A stretch of 64,000 nt of DNA from Candidatus Methylomirabilota bacterium (GCA_035575235.1 DATLYA010000005.1:369-64368); one strand, 5' to 3'. Positions 15,896 through 25,763 are shown, numbered from the stretch's first letter. Notes: a model not told the origin generated them from the sequence alone. Program-made: numbers and translations.

Positions 15896-17155
15896 CTACT
15901 CTGGTGACATGCCATGCAAGACTCGCAGCTCTTCAATCACTAACCGTTCATCCCCTTTCCAAATGCCCTCGTTCCCGAGATAGATATCAGCCAAAGCGCT
16001 ACGTCCCATAACCCGGCGGATGAAGTTTAAGATGGTGTCCGCCACAAAGAGCGGCTGATCCGTATGGGCAAAGTGCCCGGCTCGAGGAATGTAGGTAATT
16101 TGCACGTCATCCGTCCCCAACACATTGGCAAAGCGTTGCGTTTGCGCCGCCGGCATCATGTTGTCGAATTCTCCCCAGGCTATGAGCGTGGGAACGGTAA
16201 TCTTTTGGTAGTCCACGCCGCGAGGATTGTGCTCAGGATGATAGGGCAACAACAGCGCCGGACTTAAAATTGCCGCGCGTTCAGCCAACACGCGCAGGTT
16301 ATGGAGATGCAGCCGTAGCGTCGTGGCTTTCGCCACATCAGTGACGCCATCTCGCGCGGTATTGCGTTCGTAGTCCACATCGACATACGGAAAAATCAGT
16401 TTTCTCAGGTTGTACTGGTTATAGACGCCGGGGTTGTACACCATGGTCTTGAGAATCTGGACCAACGTCTGATCAAACGCACCAAAGGCGGCGGCAAACA
16501 TGGCGTCGCCTTCAGGAGTATCCGGAATCTGCGATGCCCGGCCAATAGCTTGGATTTCATTGACGGGATAGCCGTCGAAGGCAATGGCGTCCAGCTGGAT
16601 CAGGGCGTTGAGACGGTCATTGTGCGCAGCGGCATAATGCGACGCGATGCCGCTGCCCCAGTCAGCGGCAATAAAGATAAACTTGCGGCCTGGGTATTCG
16701 TGTTGCATGAGTTGCTCGACATACTCCACGTCGTTCACCCAGTGCCATTGCGCATCATTGGACGGGTTGTCTTTCTTGCCATAAAGACGCGGCTGCGTGC
16801 TCTCTCCCATGCCCAACATATCGATGGCGATGGTCTCACAGAAGCGACCAAGAAAGCGTTGGACTTCTTCCCACTGGGCGCGGTTGCATGGTACGCCATG
16901 GAGAAGCAACACCAGCGGCCCTCGGTTGCCGACTTTGGTGTAGGCAATTTCGAAATCGTCAGTCCAAGCTGTTTCGGCGTTGTGCGGCCCGCCCACCTGA
17001 ACTAATCCTTCAACTGGAGCTTTATACCGAAACGCACCATAGCGTGTCTCCCCGGCGTCGCGGTAAATAGACAAATCAACCTGATTCCCAGCCGAACGGA
17101 CCGGCGCATGACTCAACGCGGAGTAAAAGGTTGGATTGTTTGTTTCTCCCATCAT
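15896..17155 (-). CDS. Alpha/beta-fold hydrolase (419 aa)
   Basis: LLLHGVPCNRAQWEEV...IAIDMLGMGES; nucleophile-elbow region IAADWGSG; C-terminal IPRAGHFAHTDQP. Confidence 0.85.
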   Translation of the reverse strand: MMGETNNPTFYSALSHAPVRSAGNQVDLSIYRDAGETRYGAFRYKAPVEGLVQVGGPHNAETAWTDDFEIAYTKVGNRGPLVLLLHGVPCNRAQWEEVQRFLGRFCETIAIDMLGMGESTQPRLYGKKDNPSNDAQWHWVNDVEYVEQLMQHEYPGRKFIFIAADWGSGIASHYAAAHNDRLNALIQLDAIAFDGYPVNEIQAIGRASQIPDTPEGDAMFAAAFGAFDQTLVQILKTMVYNPGVYNQYNLRKLIFPYVDVDYERNTARDGVTDVAKATTLRLHLHNLRVLAERAAILSPALLLPYHPEHNPRGVDYQKITVPTLIAWGEFDNMMPAAQTQRFANVLGTDDVQITYIPRAGHFAHTDQPLFVADTILNFIRRVMGRSALADIYLGNEGIWKGDERLVIEELRVLHGMSPE

Positions 17156-17179
17156 GGTGTCTCCTTAGCAACCTCTGAT

Positions 17180-18103
17180 CTACGAACTGCTCGCAGGTTG
17201 TTGGTCCTCGACTGGAGGCGGTGCTCCTCGCGTCTTCTCTAACCACCGCACGATCGCGTTGCCGATCGCGTCAGGTTGATCTTCCTGGATGTAATGGAGT
17301 CCTTGGCCGACATCGACAACTGTCAGCTCGGGAAGGCGCTCACGAAACCACTGGACGCGCTCCGCGCTGTCAATGACGGCTCCAGGGTGCGCCCAGAGGA
17401 GGAGCGTCGGCATTGTTAAAGTTGATAACCCATCCTCGATCCTCTTGACCTCCTGATAGGCGTCGTGCGATTGGTCGCCGAACGGCAAGAGATTCGGCAT
17501 ACGCCACACTGGTTTGCGAGACTCCACGGTCGGAAAGGGTGTTCGATAGGCGTCATGTTCTGCTTGTGTGAGTGTACGGAGAATGAGCCCTGGTATGAGT
17601 TGCTCGATAAAGACGTTCTCTTCGCCGATCATCTTCCACCCGACCTCCGGCGTACGGAACGCCTTGAAGGTATCCCGCGCCCCTTCCAGGAAGTGCTCCC
17701 AACGAAAGGTAAAGGCGAGCGCCTCCATGAAGGCGATGCCCGTGACATTGTTTCGATGGCGCAACGCATAATCAAAGCCAAACGCGCCGCCCCAGTCATG
17801 CAGTACAAGCGTCAGGTTCTTGAGCCCCAACGCGGCGATGAAACCATCGACATACTTCACGTGGTCCGCATAGCCGTAGTCGATAGGCGGCTTGTCAGAC
17901 TTGCCAAAACCGATGAGGTCCATAGCGATGCAGCGACCCTGGGAGGCAACAATGGGAATGATGTTCCGCCAGAGATAGGACCAGGTGGGATTCCCATGGA
18001 GAAAGAGAATCGGGTCGCCGCTGCCTTGCTCAATATAGTGGATGCGTGATCCCTCTACGCTGACATAGTGCGATGCAAATGGAAATGCCGCGGAAATAGG
18101 CAT
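17180..18103 (-). CDS. Haloalkane dehalogenase-family alpha/beta hydrolase
   Basis: RIHYIEQGSGDPILFLHGNPTWSYLWRNIIP...DLIGFGKSDKP...LVLHDWGGAFGF (nucleophile Asp-Trp) ...GLHYIQEDQP. Start ATG 18103 (MPISAAFPF). Confidence 0.9.
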   Translation of the reverse strand: MPISAAFPFASHYVSVEGSRIHYIEQGSGDPILFLHGNPTWSYLWRNIIPIVASQGRCIAMDLIGFGKSDKPPIDYGYADHVKYVDGFIAALGLKNLTLVLHDWGGAFGFDYALRHRNNVTGIAFMEALAFTFRWEHFLEGARDTFKAFRTPEVGWKMIGEENVFIEQLIPGLILRTLTQAEHDAYRTPFPTVESRKPVWRMPNLLPFGDQSHDAYQEVKRIEDGLSTLTMPTLLLWAHPGAVIDSAERVQWFRERLPELTVVDVGQGLHYIQEDQPDAIGNAIVRWLEKTRGAPPPVEDQQPASSS

Positions 18104-18125
18104 AGTGGCCGTCCCTTCCCAGAAA

Positions 18126-18764
18126 TTAGGCCGACATTTCTGTCCTGGCGGCATCGTCAGCTGTTAAGGCTGCCAGCGCCTGGTCAATTTTCTCGGCCAT
18201 AGTCCATGTAGCGCTATACGCGATCACGCCTTGGCGATCGATGACATACACCATGTTGGGTAACGAACCGAAGCGCTCTGATATGTCATCATTCATGGTG
18301 TCCACCACAATCGTCGCTTTCATCTGCCGGGTTGTTGCTAACTCTTGCGCGTATTGTCGGCGTTGTTCCAACGTCTGAGGCTGCTGGTATTTGCGGTACG
18401 CGGGTTCTCCCGGATGGGGTTCGCGTACGTACACAACTACGAATTCCACGCCATAATGCTCATACTTGGCTTTCAGCTGTTCCATTGGGGCAACCTGCCC
18501 CAAGAAGGGTGGTCAAGTGATGGCGCCAAACTCCAGCACGACGATTTTCCCTCGTAGTCCAGCCAACGAGAAAGGCTCGCCGGTGCTCGTTTCTAAGACC
18601 AACTCCGGCGCTTGCGAGCCGATCGGTCGATAGGTAGCAAAGTTCGCAAAGGCGTGGCGCATGGCGGCGCCAAATTTCTTCTTCATCGTTTTCACGAGGT
18701 TGATTTTGAACATGTCTCTGAGCATCCCTGGGGGATTGCTCGGATAGTCGCCAGTCAATCGCAT
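18126..18764 (-). CDS. Iodothyronine-deiodinase-like thioredoxin-fold selenoprotein (UGA at 18513-18515)
   Basis: Track ORFs 18513..18875 and 18126..18503 share a frame. ...GKIVVLEFGAIT[U]PPFLGQVAPMEQLKAKY...EFVVVYVREPHPGE...IVVDTMNDDISERFGSLPNMVYVIDRQGVIAY matches the deiodinase FGS(A/C)T-U-PPF core. Start ATG 18764 after GGAGGAAAG. Confidence 0.85.
18485..18503 (-). promoter_or_regulatory. Candidate SECIS hairpin for UGA 18513-18515
   Basis: UUGGGGC/GCCCCAA perfect 7-bp stem with loop AGGUU, 9 nt after the UGA. Confidence 0.6.
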
Positions 18765-18817
18765 GGTCTTTCCTCCTGCAGTTCGTATGTTGTGTTCTCT
18801 CTCACCCACTTGCGCGG

Positions 18818-19768
18818 CTATTGCATTGCAGCCCGCCTCCGGCCTTTCCGTAAGATAGCGTCTATATCGCCCCATCCCCCTTGTCCCAGCACAGCAACGG
18901 GATTGGCAACCTTTCCTTGCCCGATAAGTTTGGCGATCGGAGACGGTTCAGGCGGATGGATATCAACCACGGTCGGGTCCTCCGGCCACTCAAAGGGGAG
19001 ATGCACGACGCCGCCGGGCTCTTGAATGTCGATCAACGCCTGCAGTGCGGCGCGAATCACTTGTAGTTGCCCTTCTCGATCGCCTGGCCGCCCGAGAGTG
19101 AGACCGAAGGGGTATTCCAGCGCCGCCACGCGGGGAAAACCATAGGCGCGGCTGTAATCCGGGATCATGTTGACGCAGATCGTCGATATTCCTGCTTCTT
19201 CGATCACACGTTGCACCAGTCCAACGGACCGGCAGCAGATGGGTCACACTGGCACAAGAAACGCCACCTCCACGCCTTCCGCATTCATCTGGGTGGCAAT
19301 CCGTGGAGCAGTGGCGCATACCAGATCCGTGGGATCGGTGTTGTACCCCATAATGGAGTAATGGGTGGGAGCCAGTTCACCGATTTCGCCTGACTGCGCC
19401 AACTCCTGAAAGCGTTGGAGCGGAAGCGCAACATCCAGGTCTTGATAGATGTACTCCGTCTTAATGTGGATGTGATTGACCGCGATATCCTTCTCCGTCG
19501 CCCAGCTGGGGAGCCTGCGGAAACTGGGATCGCCCCAGTACGGGTTCTGGCGTTCCCGCTCCATATTGAACGGCGGATCTGAGGTGAGTGAAATCCCCGC
19601 CGTGGTCAGGAGCGCCACACGACACGTCGAGAGTGGCTTCTTCAGAGGGGTCCAGGGAATCCAGTCATATTGCGGCTCTTGGGGAATAGCCTGGCGCATG
19701 ATCTTCGCTGCTGGTCCGGAAAACCGGTAGCTGTCCACCACCTTTCCTTCGACAATGATTGCCGGCAT
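18818..19768 (-). CDS. GrdB/PrdB-family (glycine/sarcosine/betaine reductase component B-like) selenoprotein, U-P-I-C (UGA at 19244-19246)
   Basis: Track ORFs 19244..19768 and 18818..19216 share a frame. ...VALLTTAG...ALPLQRFQELAQSGEIGELAPTHYSIMG...VEVAFLVPV[U]PICCRSVGLVQRVIEEAGISTICV parallels GrdB ...TST-U-GTCTRCGATMVKEIE.AGIP. Confidence 0.8.
19216..19232 (-). promoter_or_regulatory. Candidate SECIS hairpin for UGA 19244-19246
   Basis: CCGGUCC-GUU-GGACUGG (7 bp, one G-U), 11 nt after the UGA. The identical 17-mer at identical spacing occurs in the paralogue at 57704-57720. Confidence 0.55.
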
Positions 19769-19977
19769 TGTGTTCCTCCTTCCTCTCTTGCCTGCTCATG
19801 GCGCCTCTGTACCACAGGAACTTCTTTCCATTGCGGCGAGTTTATGCATACTGAGCTGCGGATAATTATGAGTCAGAACCATTTCCTGCGCAGAAAAGTT
19901 CCCTCGGCCATAGAGCAAGTGACAGATGTGGCCCTCTGCCATTGCCCCATGAACCAATACAGAAGGAGGACATTAAC

Positions 19978-20514
19978 ATGCCGCGTATTTCTCTTATGCC
20001 AGTAGAGTCCATGCAGGGACAGGTCAAAGAAGCCGCGCAGATACTTGAAGCCGCCTTGGGCGTCGTGCCGCACAGTTTCCGCACCTACGCCCACCGACCG
20101 GAGATCGCCCTCGCGTTCGCCAACCTCGCGCGCGCGGTGCTCGGAACCGGCACGGTCGACCGCAAGCTCAAAGTCATGGTCGCCTATAAAGTTTCCACCA
20201 CCAACGGTTGTCCTTACTGTATCGGTCATACCAGCGGCATGCTGCACGAAATTGGCTGTAGCACAACCGAACTCGAAGGCATCAAAACGCTGGCGATCAA
20301 CCTGTTCTCCGAACCGGAACAACTCGCGCTTCGGTTTGCCGAGCAGGCGACGCGCGACCCGGCGCGGGTGAGTGATGAATTGGTCGCGCAGTTGCGCCAG
20401 CATTTCACTGAAGGGGAAGTGGTGGAGATCGCCGCAGTGGTCGGCCTCATGAACTTCACCAACAAAGTGCATGAGGCCCTCGCTTTACCGTTAGAAGAAA
20501 AGTTTCTCCACTGA
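19978..20514 (+). CDS. AhpD/CMD-family protein (Cys form, CPYC)
   Basis: ...KVSTTNGCPYCIGHTSGML...; GAAGGAGGA RBS before ATG 19978. Confidence 0.85.
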   Translation: MPRISLMPVESMQGQVKEAAQILEAALGVVPHSFRTYAHRPEIALAFANLARAVLGTGTVDRKLKVMVAYKVSTTNGCPYCIGHTSGMLHEIGCSTTELEGIKTLAINLFSEPEQLALRFAEQATRDPARVSDELVAQLRQHFTEGEVVEIAAVVGLMNFTNKVHEALALPLEEKFLH

Positions 20515-20586
20515 CGTTGTGTTACACGGGTGGTGACCAACATCTACCCGTGATCCATATCACAATGAGTGTAGCATATCGAGTAT

Positions 20587-21348
20587 GTGAGGATGCCGGT
20601 GAAACATCTCACCATTGGAATGTTGGTTATAGCTACTGTCCTGGCGCCCCTTTCGAGTGAGGCCGCAGTGAATCATGAACCGTGGACCACACTATTGACA
20701 CGTTATGTCGATGCCCAGGGGCGTGTCGCATATCGCGACCTGCAGACACACGATCGTGCGGCCTTCGACGCCTATCTGGCAACGTTGGCGCACGCGCAAA
20801 CGGACGGCATGACCGACGCCGAGGAGAAGGCGTTGTGGATCAACGCCTACAATGCACTCATTATCAGCGGGGTCTTACAGGGCTATACGGCAGAATCGCT
20901 GCTGGCGCGGCAGCGGCTCTTTCGTTGGTTCACGGTGCGGATCGCCGGGAAGGATCGCACCGCCGATGAGATCGAACATCAGATTTTACGGAAGAAATTT
21001 CAGGATCCGCGCGTACATTTCGCCATCGTATGTGCGTCGAGCAGTTGTCCCCAATTGCGTCGCGAGGCGTATACTCCAGAGCGCCTGGATGCGCAGCTTG
21101 ATGAGGCGACCCAAGCATTTCTCCTCGACCCTACCCGCAACCATCTCGATGCGCAGCCCGTTGCGCTGTCACGAATCTTTGAGTGGTTTGCCGCCGATTT
21201 TATTAACAATGCGGGGTCGGTGGCGGCGTTCGTGCGTCGTTTTGTCCCTGAGAACAAGCGAGTACGGTTGAACCTCACCGATAGCGAGCTGCGCTATCTT
21301 GAATACGATTGGACTCTCAACGCGCAAGAGGGACAGCGGGTCTCATGA
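20587..21348 (+). CDS. DUF547 domain protein (exported)
   Basis: Signal peptide. ...EEKALWINAYNALIISGVL...HFAIVCASSSCPQLRREAYTPERLDAQLDEA... Confidence 0.85.
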   Translation: MRMPVKHLTIGMLVIATVLAPLSSEAAVNHEPWTTLLTRYVDAQGRVAYRDLQTHDRAAFDAYLATLAHAQTDGMTDAEEKALWINAYNALIISGVLQGYTAESLLARQRLFRWFTVRIAGKDRTADEIEHQILRKKFQDPRVHFAIVCASSSCPQLRREAYTPERLDAQLDEATQAFLLDPTRNHLDAQPVALSRIFEWFAADFINNAGSVAAFVRRFVPENKRVRLNLTDSELRYLEYDWTLNAQEGQRVS

Positions 21349-22538
21349 GGGAGGAGGTCCCGAGAGAGTGTGCGGGCTCCATGTTGAATGAGGGGCGCGG
21401 CGTTGAACCGCCGACGCTGCCGACCGATCGCCGCACGCACTGCCTGGATATCGTCGGCGTCGTTGTCATGCAAATAGGATGCGGTTAAGAGCGCACCCAG
21501 CGGCATCAGTTCTGGAAGGGCGTAGTAATCCGCCCCGGGCGGACCATTGCGTCCAATCTCGAGGCCAAAGAAGGGACGATATTGACCTAACATGCACCGC
21601 GAGGTGTAAAAGGGATCGCATGGCTCCAGGAAAGCCAGCTCGTAGTCGACCTCCTCACCGCCTGCCGCTCTACCATAGACGATATCGTCCGCGGTAAACC
21701 AGGGTTTATGCTTCCCGCTCAGAAGGTATTCCAGATACCCCGCCCAGGGAATGGTGCGATGGCGCTGCGGCGTTGTCTCTCCGCGATCCGGATAGAGTTC
21801 ATTCGATCGCTGCGCCGCGGCAAAAACCAGCCGTTTATCCGCAGGCAGTGGGAGATCACGACCGATAAGGTAAGCGCGATGATGGTTATGTTGCGCGAGA
21901 AGGACGGCAATCGGTGATTCGTGCTCATCAAGAACAATATGTACGGCGCAGAAATTATCCAGCTGATGCCAATCGTCAGGATCAAGGCGCATCAATCTGA
22001 GCGCCTGCTCGTAGATCCACGGGAGTCCCGCTGGTAAGCCGCTGCGGGCGAACACAACGTTGTACTTCAGGAACGTCCAGCGTCGACTCATGGAGGCGCC
22101 TTCTGCATCGAACAAGGCTACCGATTCGTGGTAGAGCCTTCCATACACGACTGGAGTTTTTCCGTCGCGACGGAGGTCTGGAACTTGCAGGAGGTCAAGA
22201 TACGCGTGCAAGCGTTCGTCCTCTTGCTGCAAGATCTCGCGGGTCACCTGCGTCGCAATAACCTTCCCTGCCTGATCGGCATCACGAAGGACCGTATTGG
22301 GGAGATAGTCCCGGTAGAAATCTATCGGCCACGGCGCCCCCGGAGCAACTACGATCCGAGGGCGAAATCGGTGGAGCAGGTATTGTGCTGCTTCATCCGA
22401 GTGGTCGCTCGCGGTTGGGCGGCAGCGATACTCGCGGAAACGTGGGAAGTCGGCGAAGGTCCACGGTGATGATGGCCTATAGCATCCAGCCGCCACTACC
22501 AGAATGAATATCCAGGTCCACAACACAAAACTCAGCAC
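21294..22538 (-). CDS. Hypothetical protein (N-terminal TM anchor)
   Basis: 414-aa ORF, MLSFVLWTWIFILVVAAGC anchor. No family recognised. Convergent 55-nt overlap with the DUF547 gene. Confidence 0.6.
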   Translation of the reverse strand: MLSFVLWTWIFILVVAAGCYRPSSPWTFADFPRFREYRCRPTASDHSDEAAQYLLHRFRPRIVVAPGAPWPIDFYRDYLPNTVLRDADQAGKVIATQVTREILQQEDERLHAYLDLLQVPDLRRDGKTPVVYGRLYHESVALFDAEGASMSRRWTFLKYNVVFARSGLPAGLPWIYEQALRLMRLDPDDWHQLDNFCAVHIVLDEHESPIAVLLAQHNHHRAYLIGRDLPLPADKRLVFAAAQRSNELYPDRGETTPQRHRTIPWAGYLEYLLSGKHKPWFTADDIVYGRAAGGEEVDYELAFLEPCDPFYTSRCMLGQYRPFFGLEIGRNGPPGADYYALPELMPLGALLTASYLHDNDADDIQAVRAAIGRQRRRFNAAPLIQHGARTLSRDLLPHETRCPSCALRVQSYSR

Positions 22539-22739
22539 GGTTCTGTACCCGCTTCGCGATCCTTTTTAGGTATCACGGCGGTCAGCCAAGATGACTTGAG
22601 CCAAAAGTGAACAACCGCCGCAGGGGAAAAGTTCCCAATCGCTCGGTTGATAGGAAAGAAACGGGAACTTTGTGACTCGGTGGTTGGTTTTCATACTGGA
22701 TAGACATGGCACTGCTGACACGGAGGAAAGGAGCTGACG

Positions 22740-23207
22740 ATGACGTTTCGCGGCGTGAATCATCTTGCACTCGTGTCCGCCAACATGGACCGCACCGTGC
22801 GTTTCTACACCCAGGTGCTCGGCTTACGGCTGGTCAGGACGCAACGGAATGATGACGATCCGAATTCTCGCCATTACTTCTTCGATCTCGGGGGAGGCAA
22901 TCTCCTGGCCTTTTTCGACTTTCCTGGATCCCAGCAAGGTCATGTCGGCACAGGGACGATGCACCATGTCGCTTTCTCCGTCGAGGATGTGGCGCAGCTG
23001 GAAGAATTGCAACGGCGCTTACGCGCTCAGGATGTTGAAGTGAGTCCGATCGTTGACCATGATTTCATCATGTCCATCTATTTCCGCGACCCCGACGGGA
23101 TTCTGCTGGAAGCGTCGGCCTACACTCGTCCGTTGACCGAAGCGGATAGATGGGCCGATCCTGATCCCGTTCCGGCTGTCACTGAGTTGCGTCGTGGGCA
23201 GCGATAA
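22740..23207 (+). CDS. VOC/glyoxalase-family protein
   Basis: GVNHLALVSANMDRTVRFYTQVLGLRLV...HHVAFSV...IYFRDPDGILLE; AAGGAG RBS. Confidence 0.85.
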   Translation: MTFRGVNHLALVSANMDRTVRFYTQVLGLRLVRTQRNDDDPNSRHYFFDLGGGNLLAFFDFPGSQQGHVGTGTMHHVAFSVEDVAQLEELQRRLRAQDVEVSPIVDHDFIMSIYFRDPDGILLEASAYTRPLTEADRWADPDPVPAVTELRRGQR

Positions 23208-23266
23208 AAACAGAGACAAGATGCCGGCCTTTTATTTTCTCACAGACCGTGCAGTAGGGGTAAGCA

Positions 23267-23782
23267 ATGAGCATGACAAGATCACGGTTCATGATGGTGC
23301 TGGGGTTGTGTGGCGTATTAGTGAGCAGCCTCTGGCTGGAAAGCGCGCTCGCGAAGAGCAAAGCGCCCCAACGTCCGCCCCTGACACAAGACAAGATCAA
23401 TACGTTTCTCAACAGGAAACATAACGCGATCCTGGCCACGATTAAGAAAGACGGCAGCCCGCAACTGACGCCGGTGATCTACCGCTGGGACGGTGAGCAG
23501 TTTTGGATCTCCACGACCAAAGACCGCGCGAAATACCTCAACATTCGGCGGGATCCGCGCATCAGCCTGTGCATTGATGAGACGACTACCAGCACGACCG
23601 TCATCGCGACGGGAAGAGCACAACTGACTGAGGACAACCTCTGGAACGAGACGCTCAAAATTGTGGAACGGTATCAAGGCCACGAGCGGGGCGCTGCCTA
23701 TGTGAAAAGTATGCAGGACAAAAAAGAACCACGCGTCCTCATCGTGCTGAAACCCGAGCACGTCATCTCATGGGGGCAATAA
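23267..23782 (+). CDS. PPOX-class (pyridoxamine-5'-phosphate oxidase / F420-dependent) family protein with signal peptide
   Basis: NAILATIKKDGSPQLTPVIYRWDGEQFWISTTKDRAKYLNIRRDPRISLCIDE; N-terminal MSMTRSRFMMVLGLCGVLVSSLWLESALA. Confidence 0.8.
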   Translation: MSMTRSRFMMVLGLCGVLVSSLWLESALAKSKAPQRPPLTQDKINTFLNRKHNAILATIKKDGSPQLTPVIYRWDGEQFWISTTKDRAKYLNIRRDPRISLCIDETTTSTTVIATGRAQLTEDNLWNETLKIVERYQGHERGAAYVKSMQDKKEPRVLIVLKPEHVISWGQ

Positions 23783-23806
23783 AGGCAAGAGCGACAGGAG
23801 CCACGC

Positions 23807-24523
23807 ATGATCGTTGTCATGGCAGTGATGTGCATCCTCACAACAAGTCGCCTCGTTCAGGCTGACGATGCTCTTCTCTCCCAATATTTCCCGCTGGCAA
23901 TTGGGAACCGCTGGGTCTACGAAGTGCAAGACCGCACCGATGGCGCACCTCCCACCGAGGAGTATTGGGAGGTGACCCGCGAAGAACAGGGAGCGTTTGT
24001 CCTGCGCATTCACCCAAGTGATCTGACTACCGGCGGCTTTGAAGAGTCCTTCATCCCGACCACGGACGGCATCAAGCGTATGGCTGCTGAAACAAAGGAC
24101 AAAGAGCAGCCCCCGTTTTATCTGAAAGGACCCTTGCAGGTGGGAACCACGTGGCAAGACGAAGATGGCGAGTACGAGATCACCGCGTTGCACAAAACTG
24201 TCACCGTGCCTGCGGGTAAGTTTTCCCACTGCGTGGAGGTGACCAATCGCCGCAAAGGCGGCAAAGCCACGGTCGTGACGCTCTATGCGCCCGGCGTCGG
24301 GGTAGTGCAACGAGAAGAAACGTTTCCCATCATCGAAGGGAGCGGCTCCTTTCATCCGCAACGGCAAGACAAGGCGCTGATGCGCTTGCGGGAATGGAAG
24401 CTGAGCGCCACCGTCTCTATGTGCCGGCTCTCGCTGCACGGCGCAGACGGCCAGGAGGCCCCTACTATTCCTACTGCGGCAGCTACAGTTACAGAGGGTC
24501 AAGAAAACTGCCGCCCACAGTAA
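23807..24523 (+). CDS. Exported hypothetical protein
   Basis: Signal peptide, then YFPLAIGNRWVYEV... The antisense ORF 23768..24502 was judged spurious. Confidence 0.6.
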   Translation: MIVVMAVMCILTTSRLVQADDALLSQYFPLAIGNRWVYEVQDRTDGAPPTEEYWEVTREEQGAFVLRIHPSDLTTGGFEESFIPTTDGIKRMAAETKDKEQPPFYLKGPLQVGTTWQDEDGEYEITALHKTVTVPAGKFSHCVEVTNRRKGGKATVVTLYAPGVGVVQREETFPIIEGSGSFHPQRQDKALMRLREWKLSATVSMCRLSLHGADGQEAPTIPTAAATVTEGQENCRPQ

Positions 24524-24637
24524 AGAGCAAAAGTCGCCACTGCAGGAAGCTTTTTCCTAATAATACAATCAGACGAAGGGCTTCACCCGACCTCTGCCCT
24601 TCTTCGCGCCTTCCTCTCTCTTTGTAGTAAACAGCTC

Positions 24638-24668
24638 TTGACTCTGCACTAAGGTACAGGGTTTATCT
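24638..24668 (+). promoter_or_regulatory. MerR-type promoter-operator (19-bp spacer, imperfect dyad)
   Basis: TTGACT (24638-24643), 19 bp, TTATCT (24663-24668). Imperfect dyad CTCTGCAC..GTACAGGG in the spacer, reminiscent of Tn501 merO. Confidence 0.5.
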
Positions 24669-24690
24669 TGCAGCAAGAAAGGAATGCCAG

Positions 24691-25101
24691 ATGAATGGAC
24701 AGACCATTGGCGCTGTCGCGAAGCAAGCGAGCGTGCATGTGGAAACACCGCGCTACTACGAGCGGCGCGGTCTCGTGGCGCGCCCCCTGCGCAGTGTGGC
24801 AAACTACCGCCTGTATCCTGAGGAGACGGCACAGCGCGTGCGTTTTATCAAACACGCACAGGCCCTCGGCTTCTCCTTAAAAGAAATCAAGGAACTCCTT
24901 GCTCTGCGAGCGGCGCCGCGCGCCCAGTGCGCAGACGTTCGTGTCCGCGCTGAAACGAAAATCATAGCTATCGAGGCAAAAATCCGCGCCCTGCTAGCAA
25001 TGAAAAAAGCGCTCACCCGGTTGGTGGTCGAGTGTGCAGGGCGTGGTCCCATTACCGACTGCCCCATTCTTGAGGCGTTGGATACGGAGGAGGAGACATG
25101 A
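24691..25101 (+). CDS. merR: MerR-family regulator, Hg(II)-sensor-like Cys triad
   Basis: HTH ...TIGAVAKQASVHVETPRYYERRGLV; Cys in QCADV (about residue 80) and in ECAGRGPITDCPILEAL (C-x8-CP), as in MerR. Confidence 0.85.
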   Translation: MNGQTIGAVAKQASVHVETPRYYERRGLVARPLRSVANYRLYPEETAQRVRFIKHAQALGFSLKEIKELLALRAAPRAQCADVRVRAETKIIAIEAKIRALLAMKKALTRLVVECAGRGPITDCPILEALDTEEET

Positions 25102-25421
25102 CGTACCGTGTGGAACTTGTGTACGACCGCGACTGTCCCAACGTCGACGCAGCGCGGGCAGCCTTGCGTTGCGCCTGTGCCGTGATGGGAATTGCTCCGA
25201 CCTGGGAGGAATGGGACCGCAATGCTCGAGACAGTCCAGGCCACGTCCGCGGATATGGTTCACCCACCATCCTGGTGAACGGGCAGGATGTGGCCGGTGT
25301 TGAACCAAATGCAAGCGCGGAGTGCTGTCGTCTGTACCGCGGCGACGACGGCGGGTTGCGCGGCGTCCCGCCGGTTGAACAGATCGTCGCAGCTATGAAG
25401 AAGAGCGCCCTTGAACACTAA
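25098..25421 (+). CDS. Thioredoxin-fold-like small protein (mer-cluster associated)
   Basis: ATGA-coupled to merR. MTYRVELVYDRDCPNVDAARAAL...GSPTILVNGQDV. Confidence 0.55.
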   Translation: MTYRVELVYDRDCPNVDAARAALRCACAVMGIAPTWEEWDRNARDSPGHVRGYGSPTILVNGQDVAGVEPNASAECCRLYRGDDGGLRGVPPVEQIVAAMKKSALEH

Positions 25422-25444
25422 GTCCTGCGGAAGGAGACCAAACT

Positions 25445-25714
25445 ATGACTACGAAACGACACATTGAAATCTTCAGCGCCGGATGCCCAGCCTGCGAGGA
25501 GACCATCACGCTCGTCAAGCGTGTAGCGTGTTCATCGTGCGAAGTCACCGTTCTCGATATGACAGACCCAGCAGTGTCGAGCCGAGCGAAGAACTTAGAC
25601 ATTCGTTCAGTACCAGCCGTGGTTATTGACGGGCGCCTGGCGGACTGCTGTGTCGCACGAGGACCGGATGAGGCAACACTCCGCGCCGCCGGATTAGGGC
25701 GACCACTACCGTGA
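25445..25714 (+). CDS. Thioredoxin_3/glutaredoxin-like small redox protein (CPAC)
   Basis: HIEIFSAGCPACEETITLVKRV...VPAVVIDGRL. Confidence 0.8.
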   Translation: MTTKRHIEIFSAGCPACEETITLVKRVACSSCEVTVLDMTDPAVSSRAKNLDIRSVPAVVIDGRLADCCVARGPDEATLRAAGLGRPLP

Positions 25715-25763
25715 TCATGTGTGATTCACACAAGAACGGCCATGCCCGGGAAGGAAAAATCAT

